Origin: a virus
Taxonomy: Duplodnaviria; Caudoviricetes
IMG/VR virus record: IMGVR_UViG_3300001914_000007
Location: 1 to 56,973 of that record
DNA: 56,973 bases
Direction: 5' to 3' (one strand)
Positions within the stretch are counted from its first letter, which is position 1. Each line of letters starts with the position of its first letter. Of this stretch, positions 37,504 to 47,551 are shown one piece after another. The position numbers and the translations under genes were made by a program. The notes beneath the pieces are model-generated. The model made no database searches. It was not told where the DNA came from and saw only the letters and a list, made by a program, of their open reading frames with translations.

Positions 37504-37767
37504 TTATTTAAGGCTCAATTTTTCCTGAAGAAGATATCCTTCTAGCATCCAGATTTTATTCTTAACGCGCTCAAGACACATATCTGCCCCGATTTTTTCA
37601 CTGTAGTTTTTAGGATCAACGCATGTCGAAGTTTCAATACACGTAAAGCCATTTGTGAGCCTTACTGCAACGATTGTGTGTTTTTTTCCAACTAGGTCAA
37701 TCGTTTTGATCTCGGTCTCCACAATTTTACTTTCGACCAGTTCTTGCGTTACGATGTTTTCGTTCAT
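37504..37767 (-). CDS. tad1: Gp49-family protein, Tad1-like immune-signal sponge
   Basis: LTNGF..ETSTCVDPKNYSEKIG..C.ERVKNKIWMLEGYLLQ. Confidence 0.75.
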   Translation of the reverse strand: MNENIVTQELVESKIVETEIKTIDLVGKKHTIVAVRLTNGFTCIETSTCVDPKNYSEKIGADMCLERVKNKIWMLEGYLLQEKLSLK

Positions 37768-37792
37768 CTCGTCTTTCTCCTTTTGTGTTTTA

Positions 37793-38290
37793 TTATGGCT
37801 TCACTTTCGAAGCCGTATCCGATGTACTTGAAGCCGTAACAGCTATTGCCACCTCTTTGAGAGTATTGACAACTTTTATTGTATCTTCTGCCGACTCGCC
37901 AGCCTGACCCGTGTAACTAATCGTAATGCTTTTTATATCGGTTCCGAACATAGAAAAAATTGAACCTTGAGATGTAAGGGTAAACATGCGCTCTGTGAGT
38001 TCTCCGGGCTTTACTGCAACAACATCATGAACGGTACTCATGAACGTGCCGAAAATAAGAGAAAGCGACATTCCGGACGTATCCGGGACTGTCGAGACTT
38101 TGAATGCCGTTGACTGAGTTGTTATATTAAGCGACTTCTTTGCGATAGATGGGAAATCTTCTTTGGTTTTGGTTGTTACGGTTTTCCCGTCTTTGTCGAT
38201 TGTCGTTACCTCGGTGTCAATTGTTGACCGACACCCCGACACGAACAGCGTAATCATTACGAGGATTGCCAATGCGTAGAACTTCTTCAT
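37793..38290 (-). CDS. Lipoprotein
   Basis: MKK plus hydrophobic core plus VSGC lipobox. Confidence 0.8.
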   Translation of the reverse strand: MKKFYALAILVMITLFVSGCRSTIDTEVTTIDKDGKTVTTKTKEDFPSIAKKSLNITTQSTAFKVSTVPDTSGMSLSLIFGTFMSTVHDVVAVKPGELTERMFTLTSQGSIFSMFGTDIKSITISYTGQAGESAEDTIKVVNTLKEVAIAVTASSTSDTASKVKP

Positions 38291-38315
38291 CTTTCTTTTT
38301 CTCCTTTGTTTTATT

Positions 38316-38699
38316 TTAGTAAAAAATCGTGCTTAAATCTGTAACCCCAATTGCCGCCAATAGCGCCATGAGCGGCTCGTTGTCGGTAGCGGCGCAGTCA
38401 ACGAGCGCCCAGTTTTCTTTTAGGTCTTCTGACAGGCTGGCGAGTGCAGCCGCAGCCACTTCGTATTTTCCGAGTGCTTGCAAACGTTTTTTGAATTCGA
38501 GTTTAGGGATGGAAATTACATCGTCAAGAATTGACAAATCCGCCGCATCTATTACTGCCTGAGCCGCCGCAATTTGTTCAGGCGTAGCTGTTTCTGAAGT
38601 GACAAAGCTCCATGTTGCTTTGTCCGATTCATTTCCTACCGATACGCCGTTTATCGGGCATACCGCCGCGACCGCATTATGTAATTTTTTGAGATTCAT
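38316..38699 (-). CDS. Tail-fibre-associated protein
   Basis: Directly follows fibre gene; ATPEQIAAAQAVID. Confidence 0.55.
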   Translation of the reverse strand: MNLKKLHNAVAAVCPINGVSVGNESDKATWSFVTSETATPEQIAAAQAVIDAADLSILDDVISIPKLEFKKRLQALGKYEVAAAALASLSEDLKENWALVDCAATDNEPLMALLAAIGVTDLSTIFY

Positions 38700-38712
38700 T
38701 TTTTACCTCAGA

Positions 38713-41115
38713 TTAATTATTGATTGTAAAATTCATTTCATAATTATTAAAAGTTGCCGTTCCGCCATTTCCCGACCGCTCCAATACCGTATATGTATGA
38801 TAGCCTGTATTTGTCGTTGACATTGTCATGGAACATGTTATATAGTCGGTATAGTTATTGGCGATGTAGTTTATCGTTGTTGTTGATCCATCAACGCCTA
38901 CCCATAATTGAGACACATCTTTGCCAACTAAAGCAATCGATATTACAAGCGGCACTAATTCACCAGAAACCATTCCCACATATTGAGTTGAATCGTTATT
39001 CCAATAACGCAGGGTTGCACTATTATATGTATGAGCAGAGCTCGATGATTTAACCAGCCTGCGCTCTGTTTTGTTATAACAATTCCAAACGAATCGGCTC
39101 GTCACGGAGTCTTCGCACTGCCCAGCGCTTGCTGTTGTCCTAATCGTCCCAAGATAACGCCGTGTTGCATCTCCACTCTTGACATAAATTCCATCCTGAG
39201 TAGTTAATGCGGTCGCTCTGGTTGTAGCGTCAGTCCATGCCAGAGCCTCAAGAGTCAGCGTCCCTGAGTTGTCATAAATAAATATGTCGTAATTAGTTGA
39301 TGCCGTGAGACCTGAGAGCGATAGGCTTTTTTCGGTGAACGCTCCGACGCTCCAAGCCGTGCCGCTGTATATGCCTATAAGGTTCCCTAGGTATGGAGTG
39401 AAATAAAGTGTTGTTTTTGCGGTCTGATTGGTGGTCGAAACCGGGACGCCGCTTTCGAGTGTCAGTCGGCCTTGGCAGATGGCAGAATCGATTGTCATTT
39501 TACCGAGCATATACGTCCAAAGCCTTGACAATGTGCTCTTTCGATTAGTACCAGACGCGCCGTCATCAACTATCATCAAATCAGCATCGACAAGGGCTGC
39601 ACCTATGTCTGTGCCGCCGTCAATGTCAAGAGTTGTGATATTTCCATCATAGCCACCAGTCCCGGGGGCGGTTACCTCTATCCAGACCGCAGCGCCCTCC
39701 GTTGCGTCCTTACAGACGTATTCCTTCGAGTTCGTTACATCAAGCCAGCGCGAGCCTATCGAATATCCATCTACCGAATCGTCCCCGGTAGTAGGCGCCG
39801 CTGTTCCGTCGAGTTTATTAAGTATATTTGTGATATTGCCGAGACCGATATCGGATTTTGAAACACTGTGCGGATTGCCGCTTGTAAGTTGTGAATGGTC
39901 GTAGGCCGTTTTGCCTCTGTCCCCTCTGTATGCCGTCCCAGAGGTTTCACCGAGTGCCAAGCTTGCGGATATTTCAACATATGCCGAACCGCTCCAGCGA
40001 TATGCTTTATTGTCATCCAGCGTAACATAAATAATTCCCGTTGCGCCTGTCGCTGGAAGGCTTGCCGCATCGGCATATTCAAGAATATCATCGACATAGG
40101 CAGGAAGTTGAGCTGACGGAACCTTCCCTGACGAATCGAGTTCCGCGTATCCATTTGCCGCGCCTTTTTCCGAAACAAGTTGAAAATCCGCTGGCTTTGT
40201 TCCCGAATCCGCGAGAAGCTGCCCGGTCGCGTCTGCGAAGCCAGCGAAATTGCCGGAAACCACACCGCCGGGACTGCGGACATCACCTTGCCCGACAACC
40301 GAATTTCCGTCAAAAAGAAGCGCACCGCTTATTTCATCTTCCGATATCTTTTCTATTGTTGTGAGATTGGTATGACCGTGCTTCTTGGTAACGGCATCGG
40401 CAAGATTTGCTTCGGTCTGTGTAAGGGTTCCAAGAAGTGCGCTGTTTGTATGTGCGTGTTTTTTGGTAACAGCATCGGCAAGGTTTGCCTCAGTTTGTGT
40501 AAGAGTTTCGAGTAAAGAAAAATTACTATGCCCGTGTTTCACTAGTGTATTTGCCGCTACATCTGTATTGTTTGAAACCTCAGCGTCAAAGTCTGAAATA
40601 GTTGCAGCCGTCTGTGTTCCAGTATGGTTTGCACGTGCGAGAAGTGTTGCGTCTGCGCTATTTGTGGTTGCACCTTCAGCTATCCCTGCAAGCTTCGTCT
40701 TTTCGCCTGATGTGTAAGCAACGCCATCGCCAGTTACGGGGACAGGAGTTACGCCAGCGTCGGGAGTATAGATTATCTTGATTTTCGTATTGCAAAGAAC
40801 GTCTTCTGTCGCTCCATCTATGATAACCAGCGTAAATGTTTTCTTGTCCCTGTTGTTGCTCAAGGCAAAGGCCGCGATCAATTCTTCGGTGTTGAGATTG
40901 ATTTCGCCTACCGCATTTGCTCCGCTGTCCGCGAATGACAGTCCTTCCGCCATCCTTGCATTATCACCGTCAAAAATTGCGGCCGTCAGTGCCGCCGCCG
41001 AAGAATTCCCGATGTTGACAACCGTCAACGCTATTGTTTCCCGGAGTGAAGAAGTTCCGGAAATTGTAGCTTCTTTTGTGGTCGTGTTGATTGTTGCGGT
41101 TATTGGAGTTGCCAT
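38713..41115 (-). CDS. Tail fibre / receptor-binding protein
   Basis: 800 aa T/G/S/A-rich; RANHTGTQ, LDSSGKVPSAQLP, AYRGDRGK, GRLTLESGVPV modules. Confidence 0.85.
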   Translation of the reverse strand: MATPITATINTTTKEATISGTSSLRETIALTVVNIGNSSAAALTAAIFDGDNARMAEGLSFADSGANAVGEINLNTEELIAAFALSNNRDKKTFTLVIIDGATEDVLCNTKIKIIYTPDAGVTPVPVTGDGVAYTSGEKTKLAGIAEGATTNSADATLLARANHTGTQTAATISDFDAEVSNNTDVAANTLVKHGHSNFSLLETLTQTEANLADAVTKKHAHTNSALLGTLTQTEANLADAVTKKHGHTNLTTIEKISEDEISGALLFDGNSVVGQGDVRSPGGVVSGNFAGFADATGQLLADSGTKPADFQLVSEKGAANGYAELDSSGKVPSAQLPAYVDDILEYADAASLPATGATGIIYVTLDDNKAYRWSGSAYVEISASLALGETSGTAYRGDRGKTAYDHSQLTSGNPHSVSKSDIGLGNITNILNKLDGTAAPTTGDDSVDGYSIGSRWLDVTNSKEYVCKDATEGAAVWIEVTAPGTGGYDGNITTLDIDGGTDIGAALVDADLMIVDDGASGTNRKSTLSRLWTYMLGKMTIDSAICQGRLTLESGVPVSTTNQTAKTTLYFTPYLGNLIGIYSGTAWSVGAFTEKSLSLSGLTASTNYDIFIYDNSGTLTLEALAWTDATTRATALTTQDGIYVKSGDATRRYLGTIRTTASAGQCEDSVTSRFVWNCYNKTERRLVKSSSSAHTYNSATLRYWNNDSTQYVGMVSGELVPLVISIALVGKDVSQLWVGVDGSTTTINYIANNYTDYITCSMTMSTTNTGYHTYTVLERSGNGGTATFNNYEMNFTINN

Positions 41116-41733
41116 TTAGAAGAAACCTCCACCGCGCGCCTGTAGGCTCACGGATTTGAACTGTTTATTTATATCCATCTTTGCCTGAGAAACGCATCTG
41201 TAATATTCGGTGCGGTAATCCATGGCAAGCTGTAAATCAGTCCACGGCTTTTTCGGCTGTTTCATGAGCTGCCATCTGCAATGAGACATAATAGCCTCGC
41301 CGTGCCTGTCCCATATCCAGGTGGGAAGTTCGTTGATTCCGAATTCAGGACGCTTCACGACTTTTACGCGCATTCCGCCAGTTATCGTAACGATTGGAGC
41401 GTAATTCGTGTAAAATATCAGTGTTTCGTCTTCATTGAGTTTATAGAAGTTCGGATTGATTTTCGGGCAGTCATCGAAGTTGTCGGCAGTAACGGATTTG
41501 ACCTTCACCCATACAATTTTGTGTATGTATGTATCATCGATTGTATCCAGGCTGTATTCCGTCTGGTCTTCGACAACATTCAAGTCTATTTCATCTTTCC
41601 AGCATTCGGTATCTTCGCAGAGTTTTCTTCCCGCCTGTTGAAGGTACTGAGTTATAACAGCATCCGCGCAACCGGGTAAGTCAGACATCAGGTACTGTAT
41701 GTAATCTGAGTATTCAGCTATCTCTTTAGCCAT
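41116..41733 (-). CDS. Head-tail adaptor / tail tubular protein
   Basis: LPGC..LCEDT..W, PKKPWTD; position after capsid block. Confidence 0.65.
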   Translation of the reverse strand: MAKEIAEYSDYIQYLMSDLPGCADAVITQYLQQAGRKLCEDTECWKDEIDLNVVEDQTEYSLDTIDDTYIHKIVWVKVKSVTADNFDDCPKINPNFYKLNEDETLIFYTNYAPIVTITGGMRVKVVKRPEFGINELPTWIWDRHGEAIMSHCRWQLMKQPKKPWTDLQLAMDYRTEYYRCVSQAKMDINKQFKSVSLQARGGGFF

Positions 41734-41734
41734 T

Positions 41735-42070
41735 TTATTCAAGCTCCTTCAGATATAGCGCGAGGTGTGTATCTCTTCTGGCGACATCCATTGTCTCGTC
41801 AGAATCCTTGTCGAACGCTCTGTAAATGATGTAAAACTCAAGCGCGGCTTTCCATGCAGAATCGAGGATAGACGTGTCAGTAGTAGCTGTTGCATCGGTC
41901 AATACAATCATATTGCCGCTGCTGTCAATTCGTGCGTCAGGTCGCCGTTTCGCAATGTCCCTTATTCCTGCATTGTAATAGCCGAGGAGTTCAGCGTCAG
42001 ACCATCTGTATGTTGCAACTGTATCCTGCAAGTTTGTCCGGACGCTTGAGATTACATCACTTACGAGCAT
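41735..42070 (-). CDS. Adaptor-like virion protein
   Basis: LQD...RWSDAELL..N....RRPDA; YRAFDKD. Confidence 0.65.
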   Translation of the reverse strand: MLVSDVISSVRTNLQDTVATYRWSDAELLGYYNAGIRDIAKRRPDARIDSSGNMIVLTDATATTDTSILDSAWKAALEFYIIYRAFDKDSDETMDVARRDTHLALYLKELE

Positions 42071-42076
42071 TTTATT

Positions 42077-42529
42077 TTATTCCTTTGCCGCTTCGAGTTC
42101 GGCTATTTTGGCTGCAACTTCTTTTTTGCTCAGTTCTTCCGGGACTTTTTCACCGAAACGCAAAAAAGCATGTTCGGCAAGTTTTTCGCGGCTCAGCCTT
42201 TTGAGTTCGGTGTTTGAAAGAGCCGTGGTTTCCGACATATCAACAACCGGGGCTTCTTCTGCGCCACCGATTACTGAAACATTGCTACCCTCGGACGCCG
42301 CCGGAATTTCTTTCAATTCCTGCCGTACTGTCGCTTCAATGTCGAGAAGCGTTTCCGGCTTTACGGGTTCTCTTGTCGGTTCAGGAGCTTGTCTGTGTGC
42401 TCTTTTCGCGTTTTCTGCGCATATTCTGTCCGCTTCCGGCTGTGAGACGGGGTCAAAGTTTATGTTTTTTGACAATGCTTCCGTCCACGGGAAGATGCCG
42501 CCATCTGATTTTCTTTTTAGCAGTCTCAT
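42077..42529 (-). CDS. Hypothetical protein (head module)
   Basis: ATG 42529 after AAGGA; IFPWTEALSK. Confidence 0.7.
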   Translation of the reverse strand: MRLLKRKSDGGIFPWTEALSKNINFDPVSQPEADRICAENAKRAHRQAPEPTREPVKPETLLDIEATVRQELKEIPAASEGSNVSVIGGAEEAPVVDMSETTALSNTELKRLSREKLAEHAFLRFGEKVPEELSKKEVAAKIAELEAAKE

Positions 42530-42603
42530 AAGATTTCGTTTCCTTTTTTTGAGAGATTCCGGAAGCACACCGGCTATTCACCGATGCGCAACCGGGTTAT
42601 GAT

Positions 42604-43056
42604 TTAGTCGTTGTCGCCGCTGAGGTCGTTCACGGCAAGGAGAACCCTGCCCTTGAGTGTATCAGCAGCCGCGCCTCCGATTGTCATCGTGAGGTACGTG
42701 TCAGCCTCTATCGCTATTGGATACAGGGCGGTATATGACGCTCCAGTAGCTCCGGTTGTTCCGTCACCGAGAAGAAGAGTGCCGGAAGTTGCAGCCGAGC
42801 CGCCATCAACGAGATCGTCATTAGCTGCGCCAGTTGTGCTATGTCCGAGATCGAGAGTTACAGACGCTTCGCCTGTGTCAATCATGATTTTGGAACCGAC
42901 AATGTCCAAGCCCTTTTTGAGGGCAACGAGCTTGAAAATATCGCCGCTTGCCATGTTGTCTACGGAGCAGTCAAAAGGTATTTCGTATACCCCTGCTTTG
43001 TTTATACCGCTTGCGGGAAGCTTGCTCCCGCTGATAGAATTTATTGTTGCTACCAT
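42604..43056 (-). CDS. Capsid decoration/cement protein
   Basis: 150-aa beta-rich protein right after the capsid gene. Confidence 0.6.
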   Translation of the reverse strand: MVATINSISGSKLPASGINKAGVYEIPFDCSVDNMASGDIFKLVALKKGLDIVGSKIMIDTGEASVTLDLGHSTTGAANDDLVDGGSAATSGTLLLGDGTTGATGASYTALYPIAIEADTYLTMTIGGAAADTLKGRVLLAVNDLSGDND

Positions 43057-43076
43057 TTTCTTATCACTTTCATTTT

Positions 43077-43097
43077 AGGGGCTGTTTTACCAGCCCC
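43077..43097. terminator. Hairpin after major capsid gene
   Basis: GGGGCTG/CAGCCCC 7-bp stem; no good U-tract on the - strand. Confidence 0.4.
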
Positions 43098-43112
43098 GTT
43101 TGTTGTTATTGG

Positions 43113-44063
43113 TTACGCTTTGTAGACGTAAGCCCATCCGAGAGCTTCCGGTTTCACGGCTTTGTACCCGAATACGCGGAGTCCGCGATACAGAGTACCG
43201 AACTGGCTTTCGCCTTTCAGGCTCTCGTTCTGAACCATCTGAGTGGCGAACGTAACCGCGTCCTTGTGTCCGAACATCAGATTGTAAGCGGTTGCGCCGC
43301 TTCCGTCTGCGGTTGTCGGAACCAGATTGGTTTTGTAGAGCTTGAAGCTCGCTATATCGCCGAGATACCTGTTTTTGGTTGTGAGGGTTGACTCGCTCTT
43401 TCCTGAGAACGAAGCGTTTTTCAGGTCGGACTTGTTTATCATTCCGCACATCCACACAGGCAGAACGAGATACCTTGATTCGTCATCATCAGGAACGTCC
43501 TGTTCGTCAAGGACGGATTCGAGGTCAACGAGGAAATCGAGGATATTCGCCTTGGTTATACCTACGGGGGCAGTAGAAGCACCGAGATTGAAGGACAAGC
43601 TTTTTACACCTGCGGTAGCACCGTAATTTCCGGTAGCCGCAGAGCTGTAAGCGTTGTCGAACACTTCTTTGTCAACCGCCTGTTCCTGGTAATACGCGGC
43701 CTGGCTGATGAATTTGGGAGCCATGAGCAAATCAAACTGTTTTTCGTCTACCGCGTCAACGCGAAAACCGTATGATATTGCTTTGTCGATAACCAGATCA
43801 ACGGACGGAGAAGAGAGGTCTTCATAGCTCATCTTCTGTCCTTTTTCGTAATTGCTTATGGCAATTTCGGGGATTGTTCTGATTTTGACCGTGTCGCCAT
43901 GATCTTTGATTTCGCCCTCATAGTCCGTGTTGGTTATCTGAGGGATAATCGCCTTTCTGTAGTATTCAACGAGTGTCTTTTTTGCGAAAAGAGTCGGAAT
44001 CCAATTTGTAGTGCCGCCACTGCCATAATCGGGCATTCCTGGAGTTCTTGCTATACCTGGCAT
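43113..44063 (-). CDS. Major capsid protein
   Basis: NTDYEGEIKDHGDTVKIRTIP, RGLRVFGYKAVKPEAL. Confidence 0.92.
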   Translation of the reverse strand: MPGIARTPGMPDYGSGGTTNWIPTLFAKKTLVEYYRKAIIPQITNTDYEGEIKDHGDTVKIRTIPEIAISNYEKGQKMSYEDLSSPSVDLVIDKAISYGFRVDAVDEKQFDLLMAPKFISQAAYYQEQAVDKEVFDNAYSSAATGNYGATAGVKSLSFNLGASTAPVGITKANILDFLVDLESVLDEQDVPDDDESRYLVLPVWMCGMINKSDLKNASFSGKSESTLTTKNRYLGDIASFKLYKTNLVPTTADGSGATAYNLMFGHKDAVTFATQMVQNESLKGESQFGTLYRGLRVFGYKAVKPEALGWAYVYKA

Positions 44064-44100
44064 TTTTCAATTCTTTCTATTTTTGGGCGGCAAATCAACG

Positions 44101-45183
44101 CTATTGTTTTATGCGTCTTTCACGATATGCCGCATCGTTTTCTTTCATGATTGCTTCGGCCTCTGCGTGTTTTCCTATGCGGGTCAACCTCACAGCTTCA
44201 TCGCTGCGCTTGTCTATCTCAGCGTTGGTATAGACTGGCTTGCGATTGTCTTTGAGGTGTGTAGTGGCATCCGCGCCACCGTTCCCGGCTGGGTCAATGT
44301 TTGCAGGGGCTGATCCTTTTTTGGGAGCGGAAGAAGCTTGCTTCATGGACTTGTAGGCATTGAAGATTCTTGATACTGAATTGGCACGGCCTTCATCAAA
44401 CGCCTGATTTACCAAAGTCAGCAGGGGTTTTCCTGCAATTTCGTCTTCGGTAGTTTTCAGCCAGTCTACAAAGTCGGAATCGTCTTTCATGGCAAATGCG
44501 CCAGGAGAAAGTTTTTCAACTTCGCCCCATGTCTGGCTTTGCTTTGCCATACGGGATTCTGCTTCTGTTTTTGCCTGAAAATCGCTCATGCGCTGCTCAA
44601 CGGCTGAAAGCTTTTCGGAAACCTGATCGGGCTTAATCATACGCGCCATCAGCTTTGGTAACAGTGCCAGTGTATCCGGGTCGAACTGATCGCGTTCTTC
44701 CTGCGTAAACAGGTTTTCCACGTTCATTTCTGTCGGAGCTACATTCTGCTTTTCAGGGACTGACTTGTTTTCGAGGAGCCGATTCAATAGTGCATTCTGC
44801 TCTTCGAGTTTCTGGCTGAGAGTGCGTATCTCGTCCTCATGACGTTCTTTTTCTGCCTTTTGCATTCCTTGATTTGTCAGGAATCTGCGCTGCCAATAGT
44901 CTATATCTGTCTTGTCTTCTACGTGTTCCGCTGCCTTTTCTGCGGATGCGTCCTGCTGATCTTTGGCGGCTGGCTGTTCAACAACCTCGCCTAGATCAGT
45001 GTTCTGCTCGCTCTTGGCTGGTTCATCGTTGCTCAATGGCTGATTCTGTCCGATTTCGTCGGCCTTATCGAGCTGGCTATTATCCTGACCGCCGCCGGGA
45101 TTCTGTGCCGTTGCTCTCATCGCCGCTTCCATCTGATTAACTTCATCTTCCACTTTTTGCATTGCTTCGGGTAATTTGCCCAT
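44101..45183 (-). CDS. Capsid scaffolding protein
   Basis: Acidic helical protein between portal and capsid; AAYRERRIK end. Confidence 0.75.
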   Translation of the reverse strand: MGKLPEAMQKVEDEVNQMEAAMRATAQNPGGGQDNSQLDKADEIGQNQPLSNDEPAKSEQNTDLGEVVEQPAAKDQQDASAEKAAEHVEDKTDIDYWQRRFLTNQGMQKAEKERHEDEIRTLSQKLEEQNALLNRLLENKSVPEKQNVAPTEMNVENLFTQEERDQFDPDTLALLPKLMARMIKPDQVSEKLSAVEQRMSDFQAKTEAESRMAKQSQTWGEVEKLSPGAFAMKDDSDFVDWLKTTEDEIAGKPLLTLVNQAFDEGRANSVSRIFNAYKSMKQASSAPKKGSAPANIDPAGNGGADATTHLKDNRKPVYTNAEIDKRSDEAVRLTRIGKHAEAEAIMKENDAAYRERRIKQ

Positions 45184-45257
45184 TTTCTTCTTCCTTCTTT
45201 TGTTTTCCGCTTGCGCCGGGTCTGCGTTGTGCAGGGTCCCACCTACGCTATTTTTAG

Positions 45258-45485
45258 CTACTGAGGTTGCCCTCGATGTAGTTTTACGGCCTTCTCAATT
45301 TCATCGAGCAGGTGTCCGATGTACTGCGCCTGTCCTCGCTCGACTTCGCCTCCATTGTTGATAACGAATTCTGCTGTTTTGGAGTAATCGCGTTGGAGTT
45401 TTCTTTTAAATGTTGCCCAGTACGGATTGCCCTTTTCCATCTGGGCTATTGCGTCTTTTTCTTCGTCTGTTATTTCTTGGATCAT
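45258..45485 (-). CDS. Small protein after portal
   Basis: 75 aa coupled to portal stop. Confidence 0.65.
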   Translation of the reverse strand: MIQEITDEEKDAIAQMEKGNPYWATFKRKLQRDYSKTAEFVINNGGEVERGQAQYIGHLLDEIEKAVKLHRGQPQ

Positions 45486-47536
45486 GCTGTCATTTCCTGC
45501 TGTTGCGGTTGTCCTGCTTGGAGTTGTAGCTGCTGTTGCTGTATCATCTGGCTCTGTTGCGCCTGTGCGGCCTCTTCGTCCTGCTTGTCGAGTTTTTCTT
45601 GCGTTGGAACAATGTCTGATGTTTTGAGTTCGAGAGTTTTTGCAGATTCACGGAGCAGTGTTGCGCGTCCTTTTTTGCCTATAATTTCGAGGTCGGTCGG
45701 ATTGTTTGTAGCATTCAGAAACTCATTGCGGCGTACCTGTAGCTGCTCTTTGGCAATGACAGCAAGAGGGCCACGAACGGAAATCTTGCAATCGCCCTTA
45801 ATGGACTCGTCATCTTCCTTCTGCATGTTGTAGTTATACTGATTTTGGAGAGAGGGTTCGATTACATTTTGGCTGATTCTTGAGACTGCGTATTTGATAC
45901 CTTTTGCGGCGTTCCCCTGTAGCATTGCGAGGCCGGACGCGGTATTTCCCGCGCCGCCTACTGCTGAATTTCCATGGTAAAAATCGGGGATATTGGTAAC
46001 ATCTGCGGCTTCGCCTTTGAAATGCTTGTAGCATTCAAGGAGTTCGCCAGCATTGCACGGAATTGTAATTGCCTGAACCGGCGGAGCATTGCCATATGCG
46101 TTCCCTGCCTTGCCTGAATACTGCAAGATTTTGCGGGGAAACATCATCGTTATGTCTTCATGCGCAACCTTGTCCATGTCATAGGCAATCATAGGGCCAC
46201 TGGACAATCCGAGGTTGTTACAGAGTTCGCGGGTTACATAGTTGCATTCTTTTTGAATGTCTTGCATGGATTCGGGGAGCGACTTGCCCCATAACGAGCC
46301 TGGAACTTCCTTGAAAGACGCGGTATAATAGGGTTTTTCCCCTAGTAAATCTTCGTTGATGATCGCCTTAACGCATTCACTGCCAACTATTAAGGCAGAT
46401 ATTTCATACTCTTCGTTTTCGTCTTCGACTTCAATTTCCCATTTTTTCAGCAATTCCCCCTTTACTCCTCCCCAGAAAAAGAACCCTTCGAAAGATTCAT
46501 CGTCATTTGCGCTGGAAGAGGGCTTGTTCTCCAGCACGCGGCGCTCTGTGTCGGTTTCGGGGATTGATATGCCATCTGTCTCATTTTGCTCAAAAACTCG
46601 CTGTATGGCTTCTTTGCTGTATCCGGGGACTCCTGACATTGCATTGAGTTCTTTTCTGCTGAAAGATTTCCTTTCGAAGATAGATGCGGTCTTAATGTCT
46701 GATGCACCTGGAGAGAAATACATGTCGAACGGGCTTACGCGCTCCCACATCATGGAAGGCTTGTACTCTATAACAGCCTTTGTTTTGCCCTGCTCGTCCT
46801 TGCCCCAGCCAATGGTCTTTTTGCGTCTGAAAACGGGACCTTTGAAAAACGCATTCGGATAAATTGCATAGTCAATCAGGAATGCGCTCATTGCTCCCCT
46901 GAAATTACCCTCTACCTGCTGGTCATCCATGAGTTTCTGCATTGCCAGTGCGCTATCAGTAGCGAGATCGGCAATCTCCTTTTCAACCTCGACTTTGCGA
47001 ACCTTGGCAAATTCGTAGCTGAATCCTGCCATATCGTCGTTGAACTCGTCTACCATCTCCTGAGTGAGCATTCCTTGTGCGTCTGCGTCTTCGAGCTGCG
47101 CGGCCTTGACGGCATAGTATTTACGCGCCATCTGCTCAGTTTCGTCTGCAATCCTTTTGACCTGGTCCTCAGGAAGATCGGGAATCGGTGTAGGATCGAG
47201 CGCCCATATACGCTCTGTGCCCTCTGTCATAATCTCAGCTATCCAGCTGGTGCAGTCTGCCGCCTTCATTGCTGTAACACCCCTGAAAACGTCAGTTCCT
47301 CCGGCTTTTCGGATCAGTTCGAGGACATCTGGGGAGTACTTGCTCTCGTACTGCCTGAGGCATTCAATCAATCGATTGTCAACGCCAGTCTCGGAACGCG
47401 CTCTTTTTGCAGCATCGTATCTGCCTTTGATGTGTGCAGACAGATCAGCAGCCATAAAACCGCCCGGTACAGCCTCAGGAGAGGCCGTATCGGCGGGGGA
47501 AACGGACATTGCTGTGATTGCATCAGGAACTGGCAT
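45482..47536 (-). CDS. Portal protein
   Basis: 684 aa; ERVSPFDMYFSPGA, VPGSLWG, TASGLAML, Q-rich tail. Confidence 0.9.
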   Translation of the reverse strand: MPVPDAITAMSVSPADTASPEAVPGGFMAADLSAHIKGRYDAAKRARSETGVDNRLIECLRQYESKYSPDVLELIRKAGGTDVFRGVTAMKAADCTSWIAEIMTEGTERIWALDPTPIPDLPEDQVKRIADETEQMARKYYAVKAAQLEDADAQGMLTQEMVDEFNDDMAGFSYEFAKVRKVEVEKEIADLATDSALAMQKLMDDQQVEGNFRGAMSAFLIDYAIYPNAFFKGPVFRRKKTIGWGKDEQGKTKAVIEYKPSMMWERVSPFDMYFSPGASDIKTASIFERKSFSRKELNAMSGVPGYSKEAIQRVFEQNETDGISIPETDTERRVLENKPSSSANDDESFEGFFFWGGVKGELLKKWEIEVEDENEEYEISALIVGSECVKAIINEDLLGEKPYYTASFKEVPGSLWGKSLPESMQDIQKECNYVTRELCNNLGLSSGPMIAYDMDKVAHEDITMMFPRKILQYSGKAGNAYGNAPPVQAITIPCNAGELLECYKHFKGEAADVTNIPDFYHGNSAVGGAGNTASGLAMLQGNAAKGIKYAVSRISQNVIEPSLQNQYNYNMQKEDDESIKGDCKISVRGPLAVIAKEQLQVRRNEFLNATNNPTDLEIIGKKGRATLLRESAKTLELKTSDIVPTQEKLDKQDEEAAQAQQSQMIQQQQLQLQAGQPQQQEMTA

Positions 47537-47551
47537 TAAATGCGCTCCTGA

